Notes: generated by a model from the sequence alone, not told the origin. Positions 28,962 through 38,623 are shown, counted from the first letter of the stretch. The stretch is 64,000 nt of DNA from Minisyncoccia bacterium (GCA_039809245.1 JBDHUP010000002.1:75188-139187), one strand, 5' to 3'. A program made the numbers and translations.

Positions 28962-29831
28962 TTATTGTATTGCATTTGAAAGGGCGGTTACATTGTTAAC
29001 AATAGCATCTGTGTACTTTTTGTAATTGATTAAAGCTTTCATACCAAGCAAAGGTTCTACAAGCATTTGAGACATATCTTTTATAGACTGAGATACATTT
29101 TCATAGTTGTTAGCAAGAGATAAATGTATATCGCTGAGGGTATTTGGAACTTGTATTTTTATTAATTCTTTTGAGAATGAATCATATAGATCTGCTACTT
29201 TATCCGCTTCTGCAAAAGCTTGAGGATCGTTAGTGCTTAATCCGACACTTATGAAAGTTAATTCCTTTCCTAAGTCTTCCTGCTCATACTTTTTTATTAG
29301 GTTCGCTACTTTAGTAGAGTAGGCATCTGTATTTGCAGGGTTTGCTTTGATTGTAGATACCATATCTTTAGTGTATTTATTAGGAAGTGGAACAGCTACA
29401 ATCTTCTGGCCAATAGTTTCAGCTATAGATTGCATTGAATTTTCATCTAGGTTACCTGATTCTTGAAGCGACATTACAATAGCAAAAAATTCTCTAGACA
29501 ATGTTTCATTTTCACTTAAAGGTTCATTGCTTTTTGAATCAGCTCCATTTTCTTTGGCAAGAGTTTCTCTTTTTATCATAATAAACTCTTTATTTGAATC
29601 CCCATTCCCTTTTGGATCAAGACCCCACAATGACTCTTCCCAATCAGGGATACCATTATTATTACTATCTTTCTGGATGACTCCCGGTTCTATAACCACA
29701 GGTGAATTATCTTTATGCAGTTTATTCTTAAAGAAAATAGCGATCTTATATACGCAAACAGCAATAATTAGAAGAGCAATTATTGATAATACTCTTTTTA
29801 TAAACTGTTTGCTTGGTAAATAATTTTCCAT
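28962..29831 (-). CDS. T4SS-like cluster gene 2: bitopic membrane protein (N-terminal TM + ~250-aa external domain). VirB8-like topology, which is speculative
   Basis: TM VLSIIALLIIAVCVYKIAIFF. Confidence 0.4.
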   Translation of the reverse strand: MENYLPSKQFIKRVLSIIALLIIAVCVYKIAIFFKNKLHKDNSPVVIEPGVIQKDSNNNGIPDWEESLWGLDPKGNGDSNKEFIMIKRETLAKENGADSKSNEPLSENETLSREFFAIVMSLQESGNLDENSMQSIAETIGQKIVAVPLPNKYTKDMVSTIKANPANTDAYSTKVANLIKKYEQEDLGKELTFISVGLSTNDPQAFAEADKVADLYDSFSKELIKIQVPNTLSDIHLSLANNYENVSQSIKDMSQMLVEPLLGMKALINYKKYTDAIVNNVTALSNAIQ

Positions 29832-29835
29832 TTAT

Positions 29836-30234
29836 TTATCTAGAAGTTCCATATAATGTTATTGGAGTAAGTTGAACAGTTGCTGTCCTTGGAGGATATC
29901 CTTGATAGATACAAGTTATTGAAGTTTTTGATTGGCTATATAAGCCTTTTATTTCTTGGCCAGCACGAGCACTTGTATTTGTTTTTGATTTAACAGCAGC
30001 TGGTATTAGGTATGTAATAGGAGCTGAGCTGACTTTAGATCTTATGGTAATAGTTGATCCTGGAACGATACAGTTGTATCCAGCATTTTCATATGATTGT
30101 ATTTCTGTAGCCTTAGTGTTAACTATTTGCCCACCAAATGGTTTACTTGCTGAAGCTGCGCTAACAGTGTCAAAAGCTATTGCTACCACTAATATAACTA
30201 ATAGTAATAATATTTTATGTAAGTTGCTTTTCAT
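29836..30234 (-). CDS. T4SS-like cluster gene 1: small secreted protein (132 aa)
   Basis: Signal peptide MKSNLHKILLLLVILVVAIAFDTVSA. First gene of the cluster. Confidence 0.45.
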   Translation of the reverse strand: MKSNLHKILLLLVILVVAIAFDTVSAASASKPFGGQIVNTKATEIQSYENAGYNCIVPGSTITIRSKVSSAPITYLIPAAVKSKTNTSARAGQEIKGLYSQSKTSITCIYQGYPPRTATVQLTPITLYGTSR

Positions 30235-30239
30235 ACAAT

Positions 30240-30275
30240 ATATTATACAGCATTTTTATTAAATTATCCTATGTG
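30240..30275 (-). promoter_or_regulatory. Candidate promoter for the T4SS-like cluster (TG-TATAAT extended -10 on the minus strand, inside the 3' end of ksgA)
   Basis: Minus-strand reading ...aaaaatgcTGTATAATatattgtATG. Confidence 0.3.
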
Positions 30276-31068
30276 TATATAGATAATTACTGATTTTTAA
30301 CCAAATAGAGATGTTTATATCCTCTGCTCGAACTTTTTGATCTAATCCGAGTTCTTTAAACATTGATTCTATAGTGTCTTTTTGAGTTATATCCTCAAGA
30401 TTTTTCTTCAATACTTTGCGTTTATGGGCAAATGCGCTTTTAACTACTGTAAAGAAATAATTTTCTTCACCTATATTTTTAAATTTGCTCTTAGATATGT
30501 TTTTTATAGCAACTATAGCTGAATCCACTTTTGGGCTCGGTGAGAAGAACCTCTTACCCACCTTCATCATGTATTTAGGTTCACCGTAAACTTTCACACT
30601 CAGAGATAGAATACTCTCTTTATTATCGCGAGCTACGATTCTCTCAGCCACTTCCTTCTGCACTAGTAGAATCATTGTAGAAGGTTGGGAAACCTCAGAG
30701 AGGAATCTTTTTATAATTGCGCCTGTAATGTTGTACGGAATGTTTGCTACAATTTTATATTTTCCATCTACCAATCCATAATCTTTCGGATCAAAAGAAA
30801 GGATATCTCCTTCAACTAATTGCAGTTTACTTTCTTCTATTTCTTCTTTGAATTTTTCTTTTAGGATTTCGACAAGAGCTCTGTCTTTCTCAACAGCTAA
30901 AACTTTTCCTGCTTGTGCTATTAATTTATTTGTCAGTGCTCCTTTCCCTGGACCAATCTCTACTACAACATCACTGCTTGTAATATTCCCAGCTTCGCAC
31001 ATCATACGAAGAGCCGGTTCGGATTTCAAGAAATTCTGCCCTAAAGATTTTTTCGCCTTGTGTAACAT
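30259..31068 (-). CDS. ksgA: 16S rRNA (adenine1518/1519-N6)-dimethyltransferase KsgA/RsmA
   Basis: SLGQNFL N-terminal motif, SAM-binding VVEIGPGKGALT. Confidence 0.85.
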   Translation of the reverse strand: MLHKAKKSLGQNFLKSEPALRMMCEAGNITSSDVVVEIGPGKGALTNKLIAQAGKVLAVEKDRALVEILKEKFKEEIEESKLQLVEGDILSFDPKDYGLVDGKYKIVANIPYNITGAIIKRFLSEVSQPSTMILLVQKEVAERIVARDNKESILSLSVKVYGEPKYMMKVGKRFFSPSPKVDSAIVAIKNISKSKFKNIGEENYFFTVVKSAFAHKRKVLKKNLEDITQKDTIESMFKELGLDQKVRAEDINISIWLKISNYLYTHRII

Positions 31069-31069
31069 A

Positions 31070-32998
31070 TTATAAGTATACTACTGTTTCCCCGCTCGGA
31101 GGTTTACCTTGTTCGAATTCTGTTAGGTGTTCTGGTATATCATAAATAAATTCACTAGGAGTATTTACTTGTTTCATACCGAAAATTGTTCGAAGTTGAG
31201 CATATGATAAATACAATCTGTGTTCTGCGCGAGTTAGAGCAACATAGAAAAGTCTACGTTCTTCTTCGGCATCTTCTTTTGTTTTATTCCCTGCCCGAGT
31301 ATGAGGAAACAGATCTTGTTCAAGTCCTGTAATGAAAACATATTTAAACTCAAGTCCTTTTGAAGCATGAACAGTCATCAATCTCACCCCACTATTTTTA
31401 TGCATTAGAGTATCTTGATCACTAGATAGTGCCGCGTCTTCTAGCAGCTTTTCTATTCCTTCACCTTGAGGCACTGTGTCGTATTTTGTAGCTAAAGTTA
31501 CTAATTCCCTCATATTTTCCAAGCGTTCTTGCTCGTCAGTCGTTCCACGAGCAAGTTCTTCTTCAAGTCCTGTTTTCTGAATTACATACCTTACAGATTC
31601 TGATGGAGTATGTGAGTCTGTATACTCTCTTATATCATCAAGCAATAAATAAAATTTATTTATTTTTTCTTGCATGGTTTTCGGTAGATTGGTAAATTGA
31701 TTTGAGAAAAGTTTAACAATAGTAACCTTACCTATTCCACGAGCTGGAATATTTATAATTCTTTTTATATCCGACAAACTTTCTTTATTATAAGCTGCCC
31801 TTATATATGAGAGTACGTCTTTAATTTCTTTTCTTTCAAAAAATTTAACACCAAGAACTTGATAAGGAATTTGTCTTCCAAGTAGCGCTTCTTCTAAGAC
31901 ACGTGACTGAAAGTTAGCGCGGTATAGTATAGCAATGTCTTCGGGTTTATTTTCACCAAGTAATTCATCTATCTTACTTGCTACATAGGAAGCCTCACTC
32001 CCCTCATCGTAAGCTTCATACACGCTTATCTGATCACCTAGTTTGTTCTCGGTGAATAGTGTTTTAGAAACTCGATATGTATTTTTTTCTATAACAGCAT
32101 TAGCGGCTTCAATAATATTTTTAGTTGAACGATAATTTTGTTCAAGAAGAATTATCTTTGCATTCGGGTAATCTTTCTCGAAGTGAAGCATATTCTTTAT
32201 GTTGGCTCCTCTCCAACTATAAATATTCTGATCAGTATCACCGACAACACAAATATTCTCATTTTTACCGACTAATAATTTTGTTAATTCATATTGAACT
32301 TCATTGGTATCTTGGTACTCATCTACATGTATGTATTTCCATCTTTCTTGGTATTTCATTTTTACCTCAGGGTACTTTTTTAGTATTTGTACTGTTTCGA
32401 TAAGTAGATCATCAAAGTCTAGAGCCTTTTCATTCTTTAGGGCTATTTCGTAGTCGCGCCAGAGTACAGCGACAATACTTCCAAAAGAACTGTTTACATT
32501 TTGACTATAAGATTCCTGGGTTATAAAATCTCCTTTTGATTTTGAAATGACACTTTTTATTTTGCGAGGCTCATATTGTTTCGGATCTATGTCACGAGCT
32601 TTCATAGCATCTTTTAAGATAACTAGAGCATCGTGTTCATCCGCAATCGCGAAGTGCTTAGTTAGACCTATAAGATGTGCATTTTCTTTTATAATATGAA
32701 CTCCAAGGGCATGAAAAGTAGAAACAAAAGGCAATTCAGCGTTATAAATAGAGTTGTTACCATGGATTGGTTGGTCTAAAAGGGATACCACTCGATCCCT
32801 CATTTCTTTAGCGGCCTTATTTGTGAATGTTACTGCAAGTATCGATGAAGGTGCTATACCTTGGTGGATTAGGTGGATTATCCTATGAGTAATTGTTTTT
32901 GTCTTCCCTGCGCCAGCTCCAGCTACTATCAAAAGAGGTCCGTCTGTATATAGTACGGCCTCTTTTTGCTTATCATTTAGAGATTCTAGGTAGTCCAT
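31070..32998 (-). CDS. pcrA: UvrD/PcrA-family ATP-dependent DNA helicase
   Basis: Walker A GAGAGKTKT. UvrD motifs throughout. 642 aa. Confidence 0.85.
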   Translation of the reverse strand: MDYLESLNDKQKEAVLYTDGPLLIVAGAGAGKTKTITHRIIHLIHQGIAPSSILAVTFTNKAAKEMRDRVVSLLDQPIHGNNSIYNAELPFVSTFHALGVHIIKENAHLIGLTKHFAIADEHDALVILKDAMKARDIDPKQYEPRKIKSVISKSKGDFITQESYSQNVNSSFGSIVAVLWRDYEIALKNEKALDFDDLLIETVQILKKYPEVKMKYQERWKYIHVDEYQDTNEVQYELTKLLVGKNENICVVGDTDQNIYSWRGANIKNMLHFEKDYPNAKIILLEQNYRSTKNIIEAANAVIEKNTYRVSKTLFTENKLGDQISVYEAYDEGSEASYVASKIDELLGENKPEDIAILYRANFQSRVLEEALLGRQIPYQVLGVKFFERKEIKDVLSYIRAAYNKESLSDIKRIINIPARGIGKVTIVKLFSNQFTNLPKTMQEKINKFYLLLDDIREYTDSHTPSESVRYVIQKTGLEEELARGTTDEQERLENMRELVTLATKYDTVPQGEGIEKLLEDAALSSDQDTLMHKNSGVRLMTVHASKGLEFKYVFITGLEQDLFPHTRAGNKTKEDAEEERRLFYVALTRAEHRLYLSYAQLRTIFGMKQVNTPSEFIYDIPEHLTEFEQGKPPSGETVVYL

Positions 32999-33392
32999 GT
33001 GCTTGCATTATAGCACTTATCTAAGTAATAGCTTTTATTATTGTCAAAAACTATAAAATATGTTCCAATACTTGATTTTTTACCATAAAATAAGGCTATA
33101 TTAGACTCTGTGTATTATGTTGTTGACTAAAAACTCCACATTAGATAGGCTTTATAGATAGGGGTCTATAAGAGGATTCCTTCTGCCGAACAGAAGAAAA
33201 GCTTTATTTTGTAGCTATTCCAGAGACGATCGTAACAATCACATTGATACCATATATAATTACAGCCTTCACTTTTGTGGTCGCACTGTAATTCCCAAAT
33301 GGGGTGGTCTCAATATGATTAATTAATCTAGGCTTATTTTACTAAAAACAAAAGATTCGAATGGTAATTCTGATGGTCAGAATAGCCAAAAG

Positions 33393-34553
33393 ATGAAAAT
33401 ATCATTATTTATCAAGCCTTCAGTTGCCAAGGCCTGCCTTTTTGCGATTTTTGTTATTTATTTAGTTGGCCAGCCTGTATTTGCATATGCTGGCTTTTTC
33501 TCTGGTTTATTTACGAAAATTCTTGGAACCGAAGCTCAAGCTACAGTAGTACCTGTAATAGAAGATGATTCTCCTGTAATTCATAATTCTCAAACTGTTC
33601 CACTTCTTGAATCTGGAGGAGCTAACCCGGACCTCAAAAATATTAAAGATGATCCACAAGTCCTTATTGTTTCAGGAGAAGCACTTTTACCTAATAATAA
33701 TCCATTAGCAGATGATGATGGTGAGTTGGATAAGTATGGTTCTTCTGAAAAAATTGACGTTTATATAGTGAAAGAAGGCGACACCTTACTTGGAATAGCT
33801 AATAAATTAAAGGTTTCTTCAGATACTATCCTTGCAGCTAACACTGATCTAAAAAAGGAAGATTTACTAAAAGTTGGTCAACACCTCGTTATTATTGGTC
33901 TAAAAGATGGAATTAAAACTACCCCTACAAGTGAGTCTAAACCTATAGCAAAAGAAGAAAAACCAGAACCAGCAAAAGTTGAAGCTCCTGCTACTCCAAA
34001 GGAGCCAGATCTAGATCCAGCTGTCCAAGAAAAGGCAAGACAAGACTATCTAAAAGCGATAGCTGAAAAGGAAGCACAGACTCAAAATGCTTTACCTCAA
34101 ACACCCGAACAATCTGCTCCAGTTGAGAATGAACAAAGTGGCCAGCCAAAAGGTACAATAGTTGGAGGTTATATATGGCCATTCCCAACAGGAGTTGGAC
34201 GTGTCTCACAAGGTTTGCATGCTGACAATGCGTATGACTTCGCAGCACCAAAGAATACTCCAATCTATGCTATTCAAAGTGGAACAGTCTTTATTGCTCA
34301 TCCTACTGGATATAATGGAGGGTTCGGTAAGTATGTAGTTATAAACTTTGAGGATGGTCGCCAAGCAATCTTTGGTCATATGAATAGTGTGGCGGTTAGT
34401 ACTGGTGATGTAGTTAAACAAGGTGATGTAATAGGATTTGTTGGAACAACTGGAAAGTCTACAGGTTATCATACACACATAGGATTCCACGGACCTCTTA
34501 GTAACCCATATAAAGGATTGAAAGTTAATAGTACAACAGTTGATCATGACTAA
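33393..34553 (+). CDS. LysM-domain M23 peptidoglycan endopeptidase
   Basis: Signal/TM N-terminus. LysM YIVKEGDTLLGIANKL...ILAAN. M23 motifs HADNAYDF, GHMNSV, GTTGKSTGYHTHIGF. Confidence 0.8.
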   Translation: MKISLFIKPSVAKACLFAIFVIYLVGQPVFAYAGFFSGLFTKILGTEAQATVVPVIEDDSPVIHNSQTVPLLESGGANPDLKNIKDDPQVLIVSGEALLPNNNPLADDDGELDKYGSSEKIDVYIVKEGDTLLGIANKLKVSSDTILAANTDLKKEDLLKVGQHLVIIGLKDGIKTTPTSESKPIAKEEKPEPAKVEAPATPKEPDLDPAVQEKARQDYLKAIAEKEAQTQNALPQTPEQSAPVENEQSGQPKGTIVGGYIWPFPTGVGRVSQGLHADNAYDFAAPKNTPIYAIQSGTVFIAHPTGYNGGFGKYVVINFEDGRQAIFGHMNSVAVSTGDVVKQGDVIGFVGTTGKSTGYHTHIGFHGPLSNPYKGLKVNSTTVDHD

Positions 34554-34845
34554 TAAAAATAAAATTTTAATAGCTTTTAGCGTCTTACTTTTAATAGTAA
34601 CACCCGTTGTAACAGTTGAAATTCCTCAAGTAGCTTATGCTCATGAGAGTGTAATAGCTACAAACGCGATGCTTGCTCTTGCAAATACGACAATAAAGCC
34701 AACACCAAAACCAGTCGCAGTTGCAAAGCCAGTCGTTAAGAAAAAAGTTGTCGCTAAAAAGAAAGTAGTAAAAAAGAGGAAAGAAAAACTAACTATTACT
34801 CCTCCACTCTTCACTCCAGATACAGCCCCACATACAGGAAGATAA
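34540..34845 (+). CDS. Small secreted Lys-rich protein (KPVVKKKVVAKKKVVKKRKEK). The gene overlaps the M23 peptidase 3' end by 14 nt
   Basis: Signal peptide ILIAFSVLLLIVTPVVTVEIPQVAYA. Followed by a terminator. Confidence 0.45.
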   Translation: MIMTNKNKILIAFSVLLLIVTPVVTVEIPQVAYAHESVIATNAMLALANTTIKPTPKPVAVAKPVVKKKVVAKKKVVKKRKEKLTITPPLFTPDTAPHTGR

Positions 34846-34874
34846 AATCCCCGACAGAATCGGGGATTTTATTA
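34846..34874. terminator. Bidirectional intrinsic terminator
   Basis: aaatccccgacagaatcggggattttatt. Confidence 0.65.
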
Positions 34875-36569
34875 TGAAACTTCTTGTTGGTAGCAACTCT
34901 CACAGTAAACTATTTCTTTTCTATCTGGGGAATATGTAGTTTCAAAATTTTCTTTACAATGCTCCCCACTGTGATTCATATGATTTTCTTTATCGCACAT
35001 ACAAGAGCGAGCCCAAAGTTTTCTAGGATTTCTCTTACTCATTCTATTTTGGTGGCGGCATTCAAAGTCTTTGTGTGGAATTGGTAACCCCATTCTTTTG
35101 TAAAATTCAACTTCTGCCTGAGTTAATTTAAAATTTTTTCCGCATTCATTACAAGCAAATATTTCAGATAAAACTCCTTCGGGTATTTTCTCACATGTAT
35201 TTGGCATATTTTCTTCACTAATTGTTTCTTTACCAAATGTTCCAGTTGATTTCTCTTGCCAACTAAAACCTCTTTTTGTTGCCTCATCTCTTGTTAAAGG
35301 TAAAAAATCTTGAGCTAAAGATTCATTATAGCTAAATGGAGCAACGTCGCTTGGGAAAAATTGTCCATAGGTTCCGTCTTTTTTCATATTTTCACAGATT
35401 TTTTCTTTTAACTCAGAATATTCTTCTTTTGTGTATTGCTTGTTTAATATCATATACTCACCTTTTCTTACAGCTTCACAACCAAAAGAACTTGTTAAAT
35501 GGTGACAATTTTCACAGTATGCAACCTCATTTGAATAAAATATAAAAGCTGAATTTTTTGATTTGCTTATCTGCATCGCTCCCATCACGTTGTAACCAAA
35601 TTCACATTTATAGTAGTAATTATTACAATCCCAACTATCAGTTGGGCCCTCTGTATCTTTCATATAAGAGCAATTTTTTGCATCATAGGTGTCGTACAAC
35701 ATTACTCCATCATAACAATTATGTATATAGTCTCCTGTGACATTTTGGCACTTTGTTTGATTAGTATATTTTACGATTAGATTTAGTTTAAGTTTTTCGA
35801 ATTCTTTTTTTGCTTCTTCTATATTCTCATAACTTGATAGAATTTCAGATTTCTTTTTTTCATATTCATCCTTTGTATATTTAATATTTAAAATACAATT
35901 AGACATATTTCGTCCATTGGTACAAAAGATACAATTATTGGAGTTGCGCATGTTATAGCAAAACAATAAATCGCTGGAATCTTGGCATTGTTCAGAATAC
36001 ATACATCTAAAACATTTTCTAATATCTATGCACTCATAACACAGTTCAGATTCGTGTATAAAAGCGCAATCAACACAAAATTTATCTCGTTGAAGTAATC
36101 TACCATACATACAATCTTCATTGTAATCAGCAGCGAAAACTAGATAACAATCTTTATTTTCTGCAGAACCATTTGTGTAGTCACTCCTTACATTATTAAA
36201 TGCTACAAGACTTAGTCTAGGAACTTTCATTTGTAATTCTCTCCATTGATCAAAGAATGATCTGCTTAAATCATAATCCATAGCAAAATCTCTCGCATCC
36301 CACTTGTCGCTCCACCAACAATCATGACAATAAACTGTAAAATTAGAATCTTGTGTGTAAAGAGATACAATATCTTTTTCACAAAGATCACACTTTCTTT
36401 TATATAAAGTCCTCTCATTTCTAAAAGCTAAACGTCTAGCCATACGACAATCTGGGCAATCAACTGGTGAAACCGTATCCATCTGCTCATAAAAAACCAT
36501 ATCTTCATCACGAATTTCAAACTCCTTCGAACATGTTTTACAATTTTGTTTTGTCATATATCTTATCAC
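34872..36569 (-). CDS. Cysteine-rich multi-zinc-ribbon protein, paralog A (565 aa, ~45 Cys), unknown function
   Basis: N-terminal CKTC...CPDC, conserved CWWSDKWD, central array of C-x(5-15)-C, C-terminal CNECG...CRHQ...CMC...CESCYQQE. Paralog of 49209-50906. Confidence 0.6.
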   Translation of the reverse strand: MIRYMTKQNCKTCSKEFEIRDEDMVFYEQMDTVSPVDCPDCRMARRLAFRNERTLYKRKCDLCEKDIVSLYTQDSNFTVYCHDCWWSDKWDARDFAMDYDLSRSFFDQWRELQMKVPRLSLVAFNNVRSDYTNGSAENKDCYLVFAADYNEDCMYGRLLQRDKFCVDCAFIHESELCYECIDIRKCFRCMYSEQCQDSSDLLFCYNMRNSNNCIFCTNGRNMSNCILNIKYTKDEYEKKKSEILSSYENIEEAKKEFEKLKLNLIVKYTNQTKCQNVTGDYIHNCYDGVMLYDTYDAKNCSYMKDTEGPTDSWDCNNYYYKCEFGYNVMGAMQISKSKNSAFIFYSNEVAYCENCHHLTSSFGCEAVRKGEYMILNKQYTKEEYSELKEKICENMKKDGTYGQFFPSDVAPFSYNESLAQDFLPLTRDEATKRGFSWQEKSTGTFGKETISEENMPNTCEKIPEGVLSEIFACNECGKNFKLTQAEVEFYKRMGLPIPHKDFECRHQNRMSKRNPRKLWARSCMCDKENHMNHSGEHCKENFETTYSPDRKEIVYCESCYQQEVS

Positions 36570-36605
36570 CTGATTCTACTCATAAAGTGATAAAAAGCAA
36601 AGTTT

Positions 36606-38186
36606 TTATGAAATCATTCTCGGTCTATATTGTAGTGCTTCTAGGATGTGGGGAGTTGTTATATGTTCACTTCCTTCTAAGTCGGCGATGGTGCGGGCGA
36701 GCTTGATGACGCGGTGATAAGCACGAGCAGAGAGTTGGAGTCTTTCAGCTGAGTCATTCAGTAATTTTTTTATTTCTGATGAGAGCGGTGCATAGATGGC
36801 CAGGTCTTTCACATTCATTTCGCTGTTAGTGTTTATTTTCCTAGAATTATTGTGAGTCGATTTAAATCTTTTTGTCTGTATCTCTCTAGCTTTTCTAACT
36901 CTCTCTTTTATTGATTGAGTCTTTTCTCCTATTTGTTCTGTCTCTGAGAGTTTATCATAATCAACAGCTCCGACTGTCACCCATATATCTATACGATCCA
37001 TTATAGGCCCTGAGAGTTTGCGAGTGTATCTATCGAGATCATTTGGTTTACAGATACATTCTTTCTTTTTATTTCCTTTATTCCCACACGGGCATGGGTT
37101 CATAGCTGCGACTAGAATAAAGTTCGATGGGAATATTGCTGAACCTCGAGCACGAGAGATAGATACTATATTGTCTTCGAGTGGTTGTCTTAGTGATTCG
37201 AGGACTCTTTTTTCAAACTCTGGAAACTCATCCAAGAAAAGTACTCCACGATGAGCAAGTGTAACTTCACCTGGTTTAGGGTTTGCTCCACCACCGATCA
37301 TAGATACATAGCTTGCAGTATGATGCGGAGCCCTAAATGGAGGTTCAGTTATAAGTGAATCATCGAGTAATCCAACTACAGAATGGATGCCCGTTATCTC
37401 TAAAGCTTCATCTGTTTTTAAATCTGGAAGGATGTGCGAGAAGACACGAGCAAGCATCGTCTTCCCTGTGCCTGGAGGTCCTGACATAGCGATATTGTGC
37501 CCACCTGCTGCGGCAATCTCAAGTCCGCGCTTTGCGCCTTCTTGTCCACGAATATCTGAGAAATCGATGTCGTGGGTTTTCTTTGTAATTTTTATTTCAG
37601 TTTTTGGTTGAGGTTTTAGTTTTGATCTTTCTGGTTCAACAGGGTTACCTTTCTTGTCATATTTTATTTTATAAATATGATCTATTACTTCTTTTAAATT
37701 ATGTGCCCCATAGATAGTAATACCATCGACAAGAGCAGCTTCCTCAGCATTTGCTATTGGTAAGAATATTTCTTTATACCCCAGTTTCTTGGCTGCTTCG
37801 GCAAGAGGCAGAGCTCCTTTGATAGGCTGGAGTTCTCCATTTAGTGAAAGTTCTCCTAAAAAGATGCGGCCTTCTGGATCGAAATCTATTTCTTCGGCTG
37901 ATAGTAAGTATGCAAGTGCAATAGCAAGATCAAAATACGGTCCTTCTTTTTTTAAATCAGCTGGTGAAAGTGAGATAACTATTTTCTGGTTTTGATTTTT
38001 TGGTGAAGCAAATCCAGAATTCTTAAGAGCAGAACTCATTCGGTCTTTTGATTCATCGACAGCTTTGTCTGGCAAGCCAACAAGGGTAAAAGCGTGAAGA
38101 GTATTTTTCGTGATATCTACTTCAACTGTAACTATCTTTCCTTTTAGTAAATGTATTTGTGCAGAGTAAACTCTTGAAAACGACAT
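36606..38186 (-). CDS. comM: Mg-chelatase-like AAA+ ATPase YifB/ComM
   Basis: Lon-like N-domain, Walker A GPPGTGKTMLA, ChlI-type C-terminus. Confidence 0.85.
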   Translation of the reverse strand: MSFSRVYSAQIHLLKGKIVTVEVDITKNTLHAFTLVGLPDKAVDESKDRMSSALKNSGFASPKNQNQKIVISLSPADLKKEGPYFDLAIALAYLLSAEEIDFDPEGRIFLGELSLNGELQPIKGALPLAEAAKKLGYKEIFLPIANAEEAALVDGITIYGAHNLKEVIDHIYKIKYDKKGNPVEPERSKLKPQPKTEIKITKKTHDIDFSDIRGQEGAKRGLEIAAAGGHNIAMSGPPGTGKTMLARVFSHILPDLKTDEALEITGIHSVVGLLDDSLITEPPFRAPHHTASYVSMIGGGANPKPGEVTLAHRGVLFLDEFPEFEKRVLESLRQPLEDNIVSISRARGSAIFPSNFILVAAMNPCPCGNKGNKKKECICKPNDLDRYTRKLSGPIMDRIDIWVTVGAVDYDKLSETEQIGEKTQSIKERVRKAREIQTKRFKSTHNNSRKINTNSEMNVKDLAIYAPLSSEIKKLLNDSAERLQLSARAYHRVIKLARTIADLEGSEHITTPHILEALQYRPRMIS

Positions 38187-38193
38187 AAAATAT

Positions 38194-38222
38194 AAAAGCC
38201 CAAAGGGCTTCTTTGGGCTTTT
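38194..38222. terminator. Symmetric hairpin terminator between the traR/dksA-like gene and comM
   Basis: aaagcccaaagggcttctttgggctttt. Confidence 0.5.
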
Positions 38223-38225
38223 AAA

Positions 38226-38621
38226 CTATACGACCTTCTCCATACATGCTTTGCATGTTTGTGCTGCAGGGTTTGCTTCTAAGCGGTCTTCTTCAATCTT
38301 ATTACCGCATGATTTACATATCCCATAAGTTCCATTCTCGATTTCCTTCAATGCATTGTTTATGTCTTCAAGTCGTAGTTCTAGGGCTGTCATTACTCCT
38401 GTTCTTTCTTCGAAGTCCTCTGCTCTATCTGATCTATCATTCTCATCTGCTTCAGGCATATCTTGAGATTCTGGAACTGTTTCCCACTCTCCAGTTTTTT
38501 TATCGATTCTCCCTATATCACTAAGCTCGCTTTCTACAAGCTTTTTCTCTTCTTCTAATTTCTTTTTATTATTTTCTATATTCATATATTTAAATAGTAT
38601 CATTAATCTTATAAATGGCAA
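38226..38621 (-). CDS. DksA/TraR-family C4 zinc-finger protein
   Basis: N-terminal coiled coil. C-terminal CKSC-x17-CKAC zinc finger. Confidence 0.6.
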   Translation of the reverse strand: MPFIRLMILFKYMNIENNKKKLEEEKKLVESELSDIGRIDKKTGEWETVPESQDMPEADENDRSDRAEDFEERTGVMTALELRLEDINNALKEIENGTYGICKSCGNKIEEDRLEANPAAQTCKACMEKVV

Positions 38622-38623
38622 TA

